This document shows positions 1 through 10,896 of a DNA stretch of 38,120 bases, one piece after another. Position 1 is the stretch's first letter, and each line of letters starts with the position of its first letter. The position numbers were made by a program, and so were the translations under genes. Origin of the DNA: Betaproteobacteria bacterium (lineage in GTDB: Bacteria > Pseudomonadota > Gammaproteobacteria > Burkholderiales > SG8-39); contig JANMUO010000132.1 of the NCBI GenBank assembly GCA_031391655.1, forward strand, positions 1-38,120, given 5' to 3'. The notes beneath the pieces were generated by a model. The model searched no databases. It was not told the DNA's origin and worked only from the letters and a program-made list of their open reading frames with translations.

Positions 1-1113
1 GCGGCGGTGAACGCCACGCTGCGCCGGCAGGGAATCATCGTCCAGAAGGTCAAGAAGCAGAAGTTCGGCAGCGGCGGCAAAGTGAGGGACAAGGACATCG
101 CGCTGTTCACGCGCCAGCTGGCGACGATGATGAAGGCGGGAGTTCCGCTGTTGCAATGCTTCGACATCGTCAGCAAGGGCGCCTCGAACCCTGCGGTGAC
201 GCGCCTGCTGATCGAGATCAAGACCGAAGTGGAGACCGGGTCGTCGCTGGCCCAGGCGTTCCGCAAGTATCCGCTGCATTTCGACGCGCTGTTCTGCAAC
301 CTGGTGCAGGCCGGCGAGCAGGCGGGCATTCTGGAAACGCTGCTCGACCGCTTGGCGAGCTACAAGGAAAAGATCCTCGCCATCAAGTCGAAGATCAAGG
401 CCGCGCTGTTCTACCCAATCGCCATCGTTGTCGTCGCCTTCATCATCACGGCGGTGATCATGATTTTCGTGATTCCCGCATTCAAGGAGGTGTTCCGCAA
501 CTTCGGCGCCGACCTGCCCGCGCCGACGCTGTTCGTGATGGCGATCTCCGACTGGTTCGTGGCCTACTGGTACATCATTTTCCCGGTCATCATCGGCGCG
601 GTCATCGGCTTCCTAGAAGCCTGGAAACGCTCGCTACCGGTGCAGATCTTCATGGACCGGCTGATGCTCAAGCTGCCGGTGTTCGGCGACCTGGTGCTCA
701 AGTCCACCATCGCACGCTGGACGCGCACGATGGCGACCATGTTCGCCGCGGGCGTCCCGCTGGTGGAAGCACTCGACTCCGTGGGCGGCGCATCCGGCAA
801 CTACGTCTACCTGATGGCGACCAAGCGCATCCAGCAGGAGGTGTCCACCGGCACCTCGCTCACGCTGGCAATGCAGAACTCCGGCGTGTTCCCCAACATG
901 GTGCTGCAGATGTGCTCGATCGGCGAGGAGACGGGCGCGCTGGACGGCATGCTCGGCAAAGTCGCCGATTTCTACGAAGCCGAGGTGGACGATGCGGTCG
1001 AAGCGTTGTCCTCGCTGATGGAGCCCATGATCATGGTGGTGCTGGGCACGCTGATCGGCGGCATGGTGATCGCCATGTACCAGCCGATCTTCAAGATGGG
1101 CCAAGCGGACTAG
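1..1113 (+). CDS. pilC: Type IV pilus inner-membrane platform protein PilC (T2SS F family), 5' end outside window
   Basis: Frame is open from base 1. Motifs FTRQLATMMKAGVPL, AGEQAGILE, IGEETGALDGML and LMEPMIMVVLG; lies upstream of pilD-coaE. Confidence 0.95.
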   Translation, partial: AAVNATLRRQGIIVQKVKKQKFGSGGKVRDKDIALFTRQLATMMKAGVPLLQCFDIVSKGASNPAVTRLLIEIKTEVETGSSLAQAFRKYPLHFDALFCNLVQAGEQAGILETLLDRLASYKEKILAIKSKIKAALFYPIAIVVVAFIITAVIMIFVIPAFKEVFRNFGADLPAPTLFVMAISDWFVAYWYIIFPVIIGAVIGFLEAWKRSLPVQIFMDRLMLKLPVFGDLVLKSTIARWTRTMATMFAAGVPLVEALDSVGGASGNYVYLMATKRIQQEVSTGTSLTLAMQNSGVFPNMVLQMCSIGEETGALDGMLGKVADFYEAEVDDAVEALSSLMEPMIMVVLGTLIGGMVIAMYQPIFKMGQAD

Positions 1114-1176
1114 CTGTCGGGCCTCGGCTGGCTCGCCCAGCCCGCGGTCCTTCCCTGGGTTTCGCTGGCCCTGGGC

Positions 1177-1980
1177 ATGTGCATCGGGTCCTTCCTGAAC
1201 GTTGTCATCCATCGGCTGCCGAAAATGATGGAGCGCGGGTGGCGCGAAGAGTGCGCCGAGCTGACGGGAACGCCCGTCGCCCCGGCGCCGGAAGAACGAT
1301 ACAACCTCGTCGTTCCGCGTTCGGCCTGCCCGGCCTGCGGGCACCGCATTTCGGCGCTGGAGAACGTGCCGGTCATCAGTTGGTTAGCCCTGCGCGGCAA
1401 GTGCTCTGCCTGCCGCAATCCGATCTCGGCCCGCTATCCAATCATCGAGCTGCTCGGCGGGTTGATCGCCGCCTATGCGGCCTGGCGCTATGGGCCATCC
1501 TTGGCGGCGCTGGGTGCCATGGGCTTTGGCTGGGCGCTGCTGGCGCTGACGGCAATCGACTTCGACACGCAACTGCTGCCGGACGACATCACGCTGCCGC
1601 TGCTGTGGGCGGGCCTGCTCGTCAATCTTGCCGGCACGTTCGCGCCTTTGCGTAGCGCGGTGATCGGGGCGGTCGCCGGGTACCTCGCCCTGTGGCTCGT
1701 GTACTGGGGGTTCAAGCTGGCCACCGGCAAGGAAGGCATGGGTTACGGCGATTTCAAGTTGCTCGCCGCAATCGGCGCCTGGCTCGGGTGGCAAAAGCTG
1801 CCGATGGTGATCCTGCTCTCGTCGGTGGTCGGTGCCGCCGTGGGCATCGGACTCATCGTGTTTGCCCGGCACGGCCGGGAGAAACCGATTCCATTCGGCC
1901 CCTACCTCGCGGTCGCCGGAATCGTCGCGCTCTTCTGGGGCGACGACATCAGTCGCCGCTGGTTGCCGATCCTGGGTTGA
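1177..1980 (+). CDS. pilD: Prepilin peptidase / N-methyltransferase (A24 family); true start may be as far upstream as 1114
   Basis: GSFLNVVIHRLP, two CxxC pairs (CPAC, CSAC), catalytic Asp motifs IDFDTQLLPD and GMGYGDFKL, C-terminal PFGPYL. Confidence 0.95.
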   Translation: MCIGSFLNVVIHRLPKMMERGWREECAELTGTPVAPAPEERYNLVVPRSACPACGHRISALENVPVISWLALRGKCSACRNPISARYPIIELLGGLIAAYAAWRYGPSLAALGAMGFGWALLALTAIDFDTQLLPDDITLPLLWAGLLVNLAGTFAPLRSAVIGAVAGYLALWLVYWGFKLATGKEGMGYGDFKLLAAIGAWLGWQKLPMVILLSSVVGAAVGIGLIVFARHGREKPIPFGPYLAVAGIVALFWGDDISRRWLPILG

Positions 1981-2588
1981 TGGCCTACGTGGTGGGCCTG
2001 ACCGGCGGCATTGGCAGTGGCAAGAGCGCCGCGGCCGCGGAGTTCGCCCGGCTCGGCGCAACCGTCGTGGACACCGACGCGATCGCCCACGAACTCACGC
2101 AGGCGGACGGCGCGGCGATCGCGCAGGTACGGCGACTCTTCGGTGGCGAATACGTCGAGCCTTCCGGCGCCATGAACCGTGCCAAGGTGCGAGCGCTGGT
2201 GTTTCGCGATCGCGCGGCGAAGAAGAAGCTCGAAGCGCTTCTGCATCCGATGATCAGGGCCGAATCCGAAAGGCGTATCGCCACCGCGAGCGGGCCCTAC
2301 GTGGTCCACGTCGTGCCGCTGCTGGTCGAATCTCCGGGGTACCGCGAGCGCGTGGCGCGCGTGCTGGTGGTGGACTGCCCGGAAGCTGTCCAGGTAGAGC
2401 GAGTGCGGCGGCGCAGCCGCCTGGCTGAGGACGAGGTCCGGCGCGTCATCAGCGCCCAGATCAGCAGGCAGGACAGGCTTGCCGCAGCAGACGATGTAAT
2501 CGACAACTCAGGCGCGCTTGACGCGCTGCACAAACAGGTGCGCGAGCTGCATGCGCGCTACCTCGCAGTGGCCCGGGCGGAAGGCTGA
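1980..2588 (+). CDS. coaE: Dephospho-CoA kinase
   Basis: ATG at 1980 overlaps the pilD TGA (TGATG). P-loop GLTGGIGSGKS, plus DTDAIAH, LHPMI and VPLLVE. Confidence 0.95.
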   Translation: MAYVVGLTGGIGSGKSAAAAEFARLGATVVDTDAIAHELTQADGAAIAQVRRLFGGEYVEPSGAMNRAKVRALVFRDRAAKKKLEALLHPMIRAESERRIATASGPYVVHVVPLLVESPGYRERVARVLVVDCPEAVQVERVRRRSRLAEDEVRRVISAQISRQDRLAAADDVIDNSGALDALHKQVRELHARYLAVARAEG

Positions 2589-2649
2589 ATTTGTCTTCCC
2601 CGCGCAAATCACTCAGAATCCGCCCAATTTTGGCCAGCCGGGTGCGGAA

Positions 2650-3408
2650 GTGATCACCTACGAGTATCCGCTCAACGAGCGCATCCGCACGTTGCTGCGC
2701 TTGGAGGACTTGTTCGAGCGATCGCGCCACTTCATCGCGCGCACGGATCCGCTGGACCACCATGTTGCGCTGCTGACGCTGTTCGAGATCCTGGAAGTGG
2801 CAAGCCGCGCCGACCTGAAGTCCGACCTGCTGCAGGAACTAGAGCGGCAAAAGCAGGTGCTGATGTCTTTCCGCAACAATCCTGAAATTTCCGAGGAAGC
2901 ACTCAGCAGCGTGCTGCGCGACATCGAGCAGGCAGCCGCCGCGCTGTTCTCGATGACCGGCAAGATCGGCCAATACCTGCGCGAGAACGACTGGCTGATG
3001 TCCATCAAGCAGCGCACCGGGATCCCAGGCGGCGCCTGCGAGTTCGACCTGCCCTCGTACCACTACTGGCTGCACCGCCCCGCCGAGGAGCGCATCGGAC
3101 AACTCGCCGCCTGGACCGGACCGCTATTCCCGCTGCGCGACGGCTCGGCGATCATCCTGCGCATCCTGCGTGAATCCGGCAAACCGCAGCGCGTCGCGGC
3201 ACCGCAGGGCACGTTTCAGCAGATGCTCGGTGGCAAGACCGCGCAGATGATGCGCGTGCGCCTCGACCCGGCGCTTAACTGCATTCCCGAGATCAGCGCC
3301 AACAAGTACGTGCTCAACATCCGCTTCCTAACCCAGAACGGCGAGGACCCGAGGCCGCGCACCGCAGACTGGGACATCGGCTTTGAACTGACGTTTTGCA
3401 ACCTGTAA
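2650..3408 (+). CDS. zapD: Cell division protein ZapD
   Basis: GTG start giving [19 protein letters not shown]; [34 protein letters not shown]; coaE-zapD-yacG synteny. Confidence 0.93.
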   Translation: MITYEYPLNERIRTLLRLEDLFERSRHFIARTDPLDHHVALLTLFEILEVASRADLKSDLLQELERQKQVLMSFRNNPEISEEALSSVLRDIEQAAAALFSMTGKIGQYLRENDWLMSIKQRTGIPGGACEFDLPSYHYWLHRPAEERIGQLAAWTGPLFPLRDGSAIILRILRESGKPQRVAAPQGTFQQMLGGKTAQMMRVRLDPALNCIPEISANKYVLNIRFLTQNGEDPRPRTADWDIGFELTFCNL

Positions 3409-3575
3409 CCACGGTTCCCTGCCCTCGCTGTGGCGCGCCCGCTGCGTTCGCCGCGGCCAACAAGTGGCGCCCCTTTTGCAGCGAGCGCTGCAAGCTGATC
3501 GATCTCGGCGACTGGGCAGCCGAGAACTACCGCGTGCCCGTAGCGCCTTCCAAGCCCGAAGGCGAACCCGACTAG
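3396..3575 (+). CDS. yacG: DNA gyrase inhibitor YacG (59 aa, absent from the ORF track)
   Basis: Manual translation from TTG at 3396: [48 protein letters not shown]...; CxxC...RPFCSxRC zinc finger and IDLGxW motif. Its TAG overlaps the convergent mutT stop (CTAG, 3572-3575). Confidence 0.92.
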   Translation: MQPVTTVPCPRCGAPAAFAAANKWRPFCSERCKLIDLGDWAAENYRVPVAPSKPEGEPD

Positions 3576-4480
3576 CTCCAGGCGCCGCTGATCATCGCCA
3601 AACCGTGGGCGCCCGCGCGCCACGCGGTCTCCAGGTCAGCGCGCTTCACGCCGCCGATGGCATAGACCGGAATGCTGACGCCACGCGCGAGCCGCGAGAA
3701 TCCTTCCCAGCCCAGCGTGGGCGCGCCGGCATGCGACGCCGTGTCTTTCACTGGCCCGAGCACGGCGAAATCCAGTTCAAGCTGCATTGCGCGCACGAGT
3801 TCGGCCGCGTTGTGGCAGGAGGCCGCGGCGAGGATGCCCGGCGGCCTTTCGCGCAATTCCATCAGCTTTGCGGCGCTGTAGTGGATGCCGTCGCCGATCG
3901 CCGGGCCGCCGTTGAGCAGGACCTTCGCGCCATGGCGGTGCGCGAGCCGCAGGACCGAGCGGGCAAACTCCTCGCGGCGCGCAAGGCCCTTGTCCCTCAC
4001 CTGGATCAGCTTCAGACCGGCGCCAAGCCGCTGCCGCACTCCAGACAGCATCGCGTCGCGGCCCCGGTTCTCCGCATCCGTGATGGCGTACTCCGCAGGC
4101 AGCGCCAATGCGGCCAGCACCGGCGCATTGGCGGGTAACATCGGTTCGGCGAGCGGAGAGCCGACGTGCTGCCAGGCGATCGCCTGCTGCTCGCGCGGAT
4201 GTGGGTCGCCCTTCCAGGCGGTGACGCGGAAGAAATTGAGCCGCACTGTGGCGTGTGGATAGGTGAAAACGCGCGTGATCCAGGGAAAGGCCGTGCAGGC
4301 GTCGATGCCGAGTTCCTCGTGCAACTCGCGCACCAGGGCACGGTCCGGTGCCTCGCCGGCCTCCACTTTGCCGCCGGGAAACTCCCAGTAGCCGGCGTAG
4401 AGTTTGCCGGCGGGCCGGCGCGCAAGCAAGTAGGCGCCGTCGGCGCGCTGGATCACCGCCGCCGCGACTTCCAGCGCCAC
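3572..4480 (-). CDS. mutT: MutT-like Nudix hydrolase fused to a thiamine-phosphate-synthase-like (ThiE/TenI) barrel
   Basis: Nudix box [28 protein letters not shown]; C-terminal [22 protein letters not shown]. Confidence 0.88.
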   Translation of the reverse strand: MALEVAAAVIQRADGAYLLARRPAGKLYAGYWEFPGGKVEAGEAPDRALVRELHEELGIDACTAFPWITRVFTYPHATVRLNFFRVTAWKGDPHPREQQAIAWQHVGSPLAEPMLPANAPVLAALALPAEYAITDAENRGRDAMLSGVRQRLGAGLKLIQVRDKGLARREEFARSVLRLAHRHGAKVLLNGGPAIGDGIHYSAAKLMELRERPPGILAAASCHNAAELVRAMQLELDFAVLGPVKDTASHAGAPTLGWEGFSRLARGVSIPVYAIGGVKRADLETAWRAGAHGLAMISGAWS

Positions 4481-5341
4481 CTATTTCTTCTTCGCGTGCT
4501 TGCCCGCCCAGTCCCTGGCGAACTGGTAGGCGATGCGGCCGCTCCTGGAGCCGCGCTGCAGCGACCATTGCAGCGCCTCCTCGCGCGCTGCCGCGGCTTC
4601 TTTCGCCGCGCAGCCCAGGGTCTTAAGCCAATGCGCCACGATATCCAGGTACTCGTCCTGGTCGAACGGGTAGAACGACACCCACAGGCCAAAGCGCTCC
4701 GACAGGGAAATCTTCTCCTCCACCGTCTCGCCCGGATGGATCTCGTCGCCGACGTACTTGGTCTCGAGAGTCTCCTGCATGAACTCCGGCATCAGGTGCC
4801 GGCGGTTCGAGGTGGCGTAGATCAGCAGGTTCTCGGAGGTGGTGGAAATGGAGCCGTCGAGCGCCACCTTCAGCGCGATATAGCCGTCCTCCGCGCCATG
4901 GAAAGTGAGATCGTCGCAAAACACGAGGAAGCGCTCCTGCCGCCCCGCAACCCGGTCGGTGATCTCCGGCAGGTCGACGAGGTCGTTCTTCTCCACCTCG
5001 ATTAGGCGCAAACCCTGCTTGTGATATTTGTTGAGCAGCCCTTTGACGATCGAGGACTTCCCGGTGCCGCGCGCGCCGGTGAGCAGCACGTTGTTGGCCG
5101 GGGCGCCGTCGATGAACTGGCGCGTGTTTTGCTCGACCTTCGCGATCTGCGCGTTGACGCCTTGGAGGTCCGACAGGCGCATGCGGTGGACATGGCGCAC
5201 CGGTTGCAGCCAGCCGCGCGCATTGAGGCCGGCAGTCCGGCGCCAGCGAAAGGCGATGCTCGCGTCCCAGTCGGTGGCGGGAGGGGCCGGCGGCAGCATC
5301 TGCTCCAGACGCGCCAGCAGTTCCTTGAAATCCTTGCTCAC
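4481..5341 (-). CDS. Conserved P-loop/AAA+ ATPase (DUF815-like)
   Basis: Walker A GARGTGKS, Walker [38 protein letters not shown] at 5341 overlaps the argJ TGA (GTGA). Confidence 0.88.
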   Translation of the reverse strand: MSKDFKELLARLEQMLPPAPPATDWDASIAFRWRRTAGLNARGWLQPVRHVHRMRLSDLQGVNAQIAKVEQNTRQFIDGAPANNVLLTGARGTGKSSIVKGLLNKYHKQGLRLIEVEKNDLVDLPEITDRVAGRQERFLVFCDDLTFHGAEDGYIALKVALDGSISTTSENLLIYATSNRRHLMPEFMQETLETKYVGDEIHPGETVEEKISLSERFGLWVSFYPFDQDEYLDIVAHWLKTLGCAAKEAAAAREEALQWSLQRGSRSGRIAYQFARDWAGKHAKKK

Positions 5342-6549
5342 GATCGGTATTCCGCGTTGATCTTCACGTAGTCGAACGACAGGTCGCAGGTCCACACTGT
5401 GGCCGCCGCCTTGCCGCGATTAAGCACTGCGCGGACCGTGAACTCCGGCTTCTTCATTGCCGCCACGCCCTGCTCCTCGCGGTAGCCGGCGTGCCTGGCA
5501 CCGCCCTTGGCGACTAGGACCTCGTCGAGGTAGAGGTCTACCCTGTCGGTATCGAGGCTCGCCACGCCGGCATATCCGATCGCAGCAAGGATACGGCCGA
5601 GGTTCGGGTCCGAGGCGAAGAATGCGGTCTTCACTAGCGGCGAGTGCGAGATCGCGTAAGCCACTTTGCGGCATTCAGCTGCGCTGCGGCCGCGCTCCAC
5701 GCGCACCGTGACGAACTTGGTGGCGCCTTCGCCGTCGCGCACGATGGCTTGCGCCAGTTGTTGCGCGACTTGCTTCAGCGCCGCCCCGATCGTCTTGAGG
5801 TCCTTCCCCGATTTCGCAACCGGGCCTTTTCCGGTTGCGAGGCAGATGAACGCGTCATTCGTCGAGGTGTCCCCATCCACCGTGATGGCGTTGAAGGACT
5901 GGTCCGCCGCCATCTTGGTCAATCGCTGCAACGCACTTCGCGCAATCTTTTCATCGGTCGCCACGAATCCCAGCATCGTCGCCATGTCGGGCCTGATCAT
6001 GCCTGAACCCTTGGCGATTCCCGTCACCGTTGCGGTGCCGGACGACAACCTGACCCGCACGGAGGCCGCTTTCGCCACCGTGTCGGTGGTCATGATCGCC
6101 TCGGCGGCGGAAACCCAGTTGGCTTCGCGCAGATCCGCGATCGCCTGCGGCAGCCCGGCCACGATGCGCTCGGCGGGCAGCGGTTCCATGATCACGCCCG
6201 TCGAAAATGGCAACACCTGTCCGGACTCGCAGCCGAGCGAAGTGGCAAGCGCGTTGCACACGGCGCTGGCGCGCCGCAGGCCGTCGGCGCCGGTGCCGGC
6301 GTTGGCATTGCCGGTATTGACCACCAGTGCCCGCACATGATTGCGCAAATGCTTCTTCGCCAGCAGCACCGGCGCGGCGCAAAACCGGTTCCGCGTGAAT
6401 ACCCCAGCCACACTGGAGCCCGGCGCAATCCGCATTACCAGCAGGTCCTTGCGGTTGGCCTTGCGCACGCCCGCCATCGCTATGCCGAGATCTACACCAG
6501 CGACGGAATGGAGCTGCGCCGCATCCGGCGCTGGAAGGTTCACCGCCAT
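5338..6549 (-). CDS. argJ: Bifunctional ornithine acetyltransferase / N-acetylglutamate synthase
   Basis: [14 protein letters not shown] (autocleavage Thr), [25 protein letters not shown]-terminal INAEYRS. Confidence 0.96.
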   Translation of the reverse strand: MAVNLPAPDAAQLHSVAGVDLGIAMAGVRKANRKDLLVMRIAPGSSVAGVFTRNRFCAAPVLLAKKHLRNHVRALVVNTGNANAGTGADGLRRASAVCNALATSLGCESGQVLPFSTGVIMEPLPAERIVAGLPQAIADLREANWVSAAEAIMTTDTVAKAASVRVRLSSGTATVTGIAKGSGMIRPDMATMLGFVATDEKIARSALQRLTKMAADQSFNAITVDGDTSTNDAFICLATGKGPVAKSGKDLKTIGAALKQVAQQLAQAIVRDGEGATKFVTVRVERGRSAAECRKVAYAISHSPLVKTAFFASDPNLGRILAAIGYAGVASLDTDRVDLYLDEVLVAKGGARHAGYREEQGVAAMKKPEFTVRAVLNRGKAAATVWTCDLSFDYVKINAEYRS

Positions 6550-6553
6550 GGGC

Positions 6554-9325
6554 CTAACTCAGCTTGCCGTGGCAGTGCTTGTACTTCTTGCCGGATCCGC
6601 AGGGACAGGGATCGTTGCGGCCCACCTTCTGCGCCGGGCGCACCGACGGCTGGGCTTTCTTGGCGTCCTCGCCCGGAGCGAGCGCGGTTTCGTAATCCGC
6701 GTGTTGCAGCCGGACGTTCTCGACATGCTGCTCGACGTCGGCCTTGGGCACCTCGTCATTGGCGCGGATCTCCACCGACACCAGCGTGCGCGTCACTTCG
6801 AGCTTCACGGCCTCCAGCATGGCGCCGAACAGCTCGAAAGCCTCGCGCTTGTACTCCTGCTTGGGATTCTTCTGCGCATAGCCGCGCAGGTGGATTCCCT
6901 GACGCAGGTGGTCGAGCGCCGCAAGGTGCTCCCGCCAGTGCGAATCGAGAACCTGCAGCATCATGTAGCGCTCGTACTGGTGGAACTGTTCCTCGGCGCC
7001 GGCCGGGATTTTCGCCTGGTAGGCCTCGTGCGACTTCCCGACGATGCGCTCTTGCAGGGCCACGTCGCCCAGGTCCGGCTCCTGCTCCAGCCACTTGCCG
7101 ATCGGCAGTGCGAGGTTGAGTTCCGACTTGAGCGCGACCTCGAGCCCCTTCACGTCCCATTGCTCCTCGACGCTGTCCTCCGGCACGAACAGGCGAAAGG
7201 TGTCCGCGATCACCCCGGCGCGCAGGTCCGTGATGCGCGCGGACACATCCTGCGACTCGAGCAGTTCGTTGCGCAGCGCGTAGATGGTCTTGCGCTGATC
7301 GTTGGCGACGTCGTCATACTCCAGCAGCTGCTTGCGGATGTCGAAGTTGCGCGCCTCGACCTTGCGCTGGGCGCTCTCGATCGAGCGCGTCACCATGGCG
7401 TGCTCGATGGCCTCGCCCTCCGGCATGCGCAGCATCAGCATGATCTTGTTGATGCGCTCGCCGGCGAAGATGCGCAACAGCGGGTCCTCGAGCGACAGGT
7501 AGAAACGCGAGCTGCCCGGATCGCCCTGCCGTCCCGAGCGGCCACGCAGCTGGTTGTCGACGCGACGCGATTCGTGGCGTTCCGTGCCGACGATGTGCAG
7601 GCCGCCTTCCCTAATGACGTGGTCGTGCAGCTGCTGCCACTCGCTGCGCAGCTTTTCGACGCGGGCATTGCGGTCCTCCCCGGGCAACTCGGCGGCCGCC
7701 TCGACGAGCTCGACCTGCTTCTCGACGTTGCCGCCCAGCACAATGTCCGTGCCGCGCCCCGCCATGTTGGTGGCGATGGTGACCATCTTGGGCCGTCCGG
7801 CCTGCGCCACGATCTCCGCCTCGCGCGCGTGCTGCTTGGCATTAAGCACCTGGTGCGGCAGCTTGTCCTTGGTGAGCAGTGTCGAGAGCAGCTCGGAAGC
7901 CTCGATCGACGTGGTGCCGACCAGCACGGGCTGCCCGCGCTCGTGGCAATCTCGGATGTCGTCGACAATCGCCTTGTCCTTTTCCTTGGCGGTGCGGTAC
8001 ACCAGGTCGAGGCGATCGTCGCGGACCATCGGCCGGTGCGTCGGAATGACCATCGTCTCCAGCCCGTAGATCTCCTGGAATTCGTAGGCCTCCGTGTCCG
8101 CTGTGCCGGTCATGCCCGCAAGCTTGCGGTACATGCGGAAATAATTCTGGAAGGTGATGGATGCCAGGGTCTGGTTCTCGTTCTGGATCTGCACCTTCTC
8201 CTTCGCCTCGACCGCCTGGTGCAGGCCGTCGGACCAGCGCCGGCCGTGCATCATGCGCCCGGTGAACTCGTCGACGATGATCACCTCGCCGTCCTGCACC
8301 ACGTAGTGCTGGTCGCGATGGAACAGGTGATGCGCGCGCAGCGCAGCGTTCAGGTGGTGGAACAGGTTGATGTAGGCCGGCTCGTAAAGACTCGCGCCCT
8401 GCGGCAACATTCCGATGCGCGCAAGAATTTCCTCGGCCTTCTGGTGACCGGCCTCCGACAGCACGATCTGGTGGTTCTTCTCGTCGACGAAGAAATCGCC
8501 CGGCGGCTCCGGCTGGTCCTGTTTCTTCTCTTCCTTTTGCCGCGAAAGCAGCATCGGCACCTGGTCCATACGATGGTAGACCTCGGTGCGGTCCTCCGCC
8601 TGCCCGGAGATGATGAGCGGCGTGCGCGCCTCGTCGATCAGGATCGAGTCCACTTCGTCGACGATGGCGTAGGGCAGGCCGCGCTGGAAGCGCTCTTCGA
8701 TGCGCATCGCCATGTTGTCGCGCAAGTAGTCGAAACCGAATTCGTTGTTGGTGCCGTAGGTGATGTCGGCGGCATAGGCCGCGCGCTTTGCCTCAGGTTC
8801 CATCTGCGGCACGTTCACGCCCACGCTCAGGCCGAGGAAACCGTAGATCTTGCCCATCCATTCCGCGTCGCGCTTGGCGAGGTAGTCGTTCACCGTGACG
8901 ATGTGCACACCGCGACCGGCTAGCGTGTTCAGGTAGGCAGGCAGCGTCGCCACCAGTGTCTTGCCCTCGCCGGTGCGCATCTCGGCGATCTTGCCGTCGT
9001 GCAGCACCATGCCTCCGACCAGCTGCACGTCGAAATGACGCATTTTCAGCGTACGCTTGCCTGCTTCGCGCACCACCGCGAAGGCCTCTGGCAGCAACTC
9101 CTCCAGGCCCGAGCGCTCGGCCGCGTCCTTCTGCTCCGCCGGCGCGGCGGCGATGCGGGCGGCGAGGCGTTCCTTGAACTCGGCGGTCTTGGCGGCCAAC
9201 TGCGAGTCGGACAGCCCGGCAACGGTAGGTTCGAGCGCGTTGATGCGGATGACGACGCGGGAGTATTGCTTGAGCAGCCGGTCGTTGCGGCTGCCGAAGA
9301 TCTTGGTGAGGACGTTGGTGATCAT
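6554..9325 (-). CDS. secA: Preprotein translocase ATPase SecA
   Basis: [54 protein letters not shown] and [23 protein letters not shown]. Confidence 0.99.
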   Translation of the reverse strand: MITNVLTKIFGSRNDRLLKQYSRVVIRINALEPTVAGLSDSQLAAKTAEFKERLAARIAAAPAEQKDAAERSGLEELLPEAFAVVREAGKRTLKMRHFDVQLVGGMVLHDGKIAEMRTGEGKTLVATLPAYLNTLAGRGVHIVTVNDYLAKRDAEWMGKIYGFLGLSVGVNVPQMEPEAKRAAYAADITYGTNNEFGFDYLRDNMAMRIEERFQRGLPYAIVDEVDSILIDEARTPLIISGQAEDRTEVYHRMDQVPMLLSRQKEEKKQDQPEPPGDFFVDEKNHQIVLSEAGHQKAEEILARIGMLPQGASLYEPAYINLFHHLNAALRAHHLFHRDQHYVVQDGEVIIVDEFTGRMMHGRRWSDGLHQAVEAKEKVQIQNENQTLASITFQNYFRMYRKLAGMTGTADTEAYEFQEIYGLETMVIPTHRPMVRDDRLDLVYRTAKEKDKAIVDDIRDCHERGQPVLVGTTSIEASELLSTLLTKDKLPHQVLNAKQHAREAEIVAQAGRPKMVTIATNMAGRGTDIVLGGNVEKQVELVEAAAELPGEDRNARVEKLRSEWQQLHDHVIREGGLHIVGTERHESRRVDNQLRGRSGRQGDPGSSRFYLSLEDPLLRIFAGERINKIMLMLRMPEGEAIEHAMVTRSIESAQRKVEARNFDIRKQLLEYDDVANDQRKTIYALRNELLESQDVSARITDLRAGVIADTFRLFVPEDSVEEQWDVKGLEVALKSELNLALPIGKWLEQEPDLGDVALQERIVGKSHEAYQAKIPAGAEEQFHQYERYMMLQVLDSHWREHLAALDHLRQGIHLRGYAQKNPKQEYKREAFELFGAMLEAVKLEVTRTLVSVEIRANDEVPKADVEQHVENVRLQHADYETALAPGEDAKKAQPSVRPAQKVGRNDPCPCGSGKKYKHCHGKLS

Positions 9326-9376
9326 GGATGGCGCGGCAGTCGTCGCCCGCGCGCGGAAATACCCTGGAAACTCAAA

Positions 9377-9385
9377 ATTTTAGCA
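9377..9385 (-). promoter_or_regulatory. Putative extended -10 promoter element for secA (TGcTAAAAT)
   Basis: Minus strand reads TGCTAAAAT about 50 nt upstream of the secA ATG, in the only AT-rich patch of this spacer. Confidence 0.55.
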
Positions 9386-9386
9386 T

Positions 9387-9406
9387 GCCGGGGCCCCCGC
9401 CCCGGC
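9387..9406 (-). terminator. GC-rich hairpin after the M23 gene (possible weak terminator or stabiliser)
   Basis: GCCGGGGC (9387-9394) pairs with GCCCCGGC (9399-9406), 4-nt loop; no immediate U-tract. Confidence 0.3.
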
Positions 9407-9412
9407 GCGCCG

Positions 9413-10363
9413 CTACTTCCCGGCGCGTGCGGACTGCTGCGAGGCCTGCGAGGCGAGCACGAAGCGTGCGGGGTTTTGCGCGGCGCCCTTGAAACGCACC
9501 TCGAAATGCAGATGTGGCCCGGTCGAGCGGCCAGTCGAGCCGACATCGGCAAGCTTGCGCCCGCGCTGCACGATATCGCCTTCCTTGACGTAAAGCTTCG
9601 ACGCATGCGCGTAGCGCGTGACCAGGTCGTTGCCGTGGTCCACGTCCACCACGTTGCCGTATTGCGGGTGGAAACCCGCGAAGATCACCACGCCGCCCGC
9701 CGCGGCAACGATGGGCGACCCCGCTTCGGCAAGGAAATCGATGCCTTCGTGCATCGCATGCTGGCCGGTAAACGGATCGATGCGCATGCCGAAACCCGAC
9801 GCGTTGAACGGTGCATTGACCGGCATCATCGTCGGCAGCAGCTTCTTCTTCACCGCCAGCTCGAACAACTGCGCTTCCAGCACCCCCAGCATGTCGGTGC
9901 GGTTTTCCATCTGGCGCGACATGACGGTCAGTTTCTCGCCGAATTCGGCCAGCGACAGATTCTGCGGCGGCAACGCGGTCGGTTGTGCCCCGCCCAGGCC
10001 GGGCGTCTCGCTGAAGCGGAACTCCTGCGGGCGGATGCCAGCAAGGCTGGACAAGCGTTCTCCCAGGGCATCGAGGCGCGCCAGCTGGGCCTGCATCTCG
10101 CCCAATTTCACCGCCATGGCGTTCAGGTTCTGCTGGACGAACTGGCGGGCACGCTCGGCCTCGCCTTGCTGCGCGGCCAAGACCAGTTCCCGTACCACGG
10201 GAATCTTGATGTCCGTGGCGAAGCGGATGGTGAGCCAGTACAGGCCGGCCGTCATGCCGAGCAACAGCACGAACGCGAGCATCATCGACGCGACCAGATG
10301 GCGCGTGGAGAAGTTCAGCGTCCTGGCGTTCGCCAGACGGTCAGGAACTACGATAATCTGCAA
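9413..10363 (-). CDS. M23 family metallopeptidase with N-terminal membrane anchor and coiled coil
   Basis: HEGIDF (HxxxD), TRYAH, STGPHLHFE (HxH). TTG start at 10363 preceded by a GGGGAG ribosome-binding site; hydrophobic N-terminal segment. Confidence 0.9.
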   Translation of the reverse strand: MQIIVVPDRLANARTLNFSTRHLVASMMLAFVLLLGMTAGLYWLTIRFATDIKIPVVRELVLAAQQGEAERARQFVQQNLNAMAVKLGEMQAQLARLDALGERLSSLAGIRPQEFRFSETPGLGGAQPTALPPQNLSLAEFGEKLTVMSRQMENRTDMLGVLEAQLFELAVKKKLLPTMMPVNAPFNASGFGMRIDPFTGQHAMHEGIDFLAEAGSPIVAAAGGVVIFAGFHPQYGNVVDVDHGNDLVTRYAHASKLYVKEGDIVQRGRKLADVGSTGRSTGPHLHFEVRFKGAAQNPARFVLASQASQQSARAGK

Positions 10364-10389
10364 CCGGCACTCCCCTTGTTCCAGCCCCC

Positions 10390-10896
10390 GTGCAACCCTC
10401 GAAAATCGACCGCTACCTTGCTGCCGATGAAACCCTGGGTCCCATCGTAGCAAAAGCACGCCAGATCGATTCACTGGCAAGGCTTTGTACCGAGTTCCTG
10501 CCCGTCGGGTTGGCCGACCAGGTGCGGGCGGCCAATATCCGGGACGGCGAACTCGTGTTGCTTGCCAGCAACCCGCCTACTGCGGCAAAGCTGAAAATGC
10601 TCGCCGAGAGCCTGCGTAAGTTCTTGTTACGGCAGGGATCGAAGGTTAGTTCAGTTTCCGTGAGGGTGCAACCAAGCAGTGCACACTCTGAGCCTGGACC
10701 GCAACACAAGTCGGCGGTGCTCACAGCCAATGGAATCGCTGAATTATCAGTGCTTTACGACAAACTTCCCGCGGACTCACCGACGCGCGACGCGTTGGGA
10801 AAGCTGTTGGCCCGCTACAGACCTAAATTGCCACCAGCAAACGCTCCCCGAAAAACAACAAGAGCACCAGGACGAAAAGGAAAAGGGCGTACTTGA
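10390..10896 (+). CDS. dciA: DciA / DUF721 family protein (replicative helicase loader)
   Basis: Antisense position between lpxC and M23-secA; LVLLASNPPTAAKLK...VSVRVQP core and basic C-terminal tail fit DUF721. Start codon uncertain. Confidence 0.72.
   Translation: MQPSKIDRYLAADETLGPIVAKARQIDSLARLCTEFLPVGLADQVRAANIRDGELVLLASNPPTAAKLKMLAESLRKFLLRQGSKVSSVSVRVQPSSAHSEPGPQHKSAVLTANGIAELSVLYDKLPADSPTRDALGKLLARYRPKLPPANAPRKTTRAPGRKGKGRT

Noticed and set aside
6341-8923. 860-aa plus-strand ORF opposite secA, and many other long antisense ORFs
   Set aside because: Mirror-frame artefacts of biased codon usage with no recognisable motifs.
10390-10896. Lower-GC dciA region as a horizontally acquired island
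   Set aside because: It is a single gene at its usual syntenic position with no integrase, transposase or flanking repeats.
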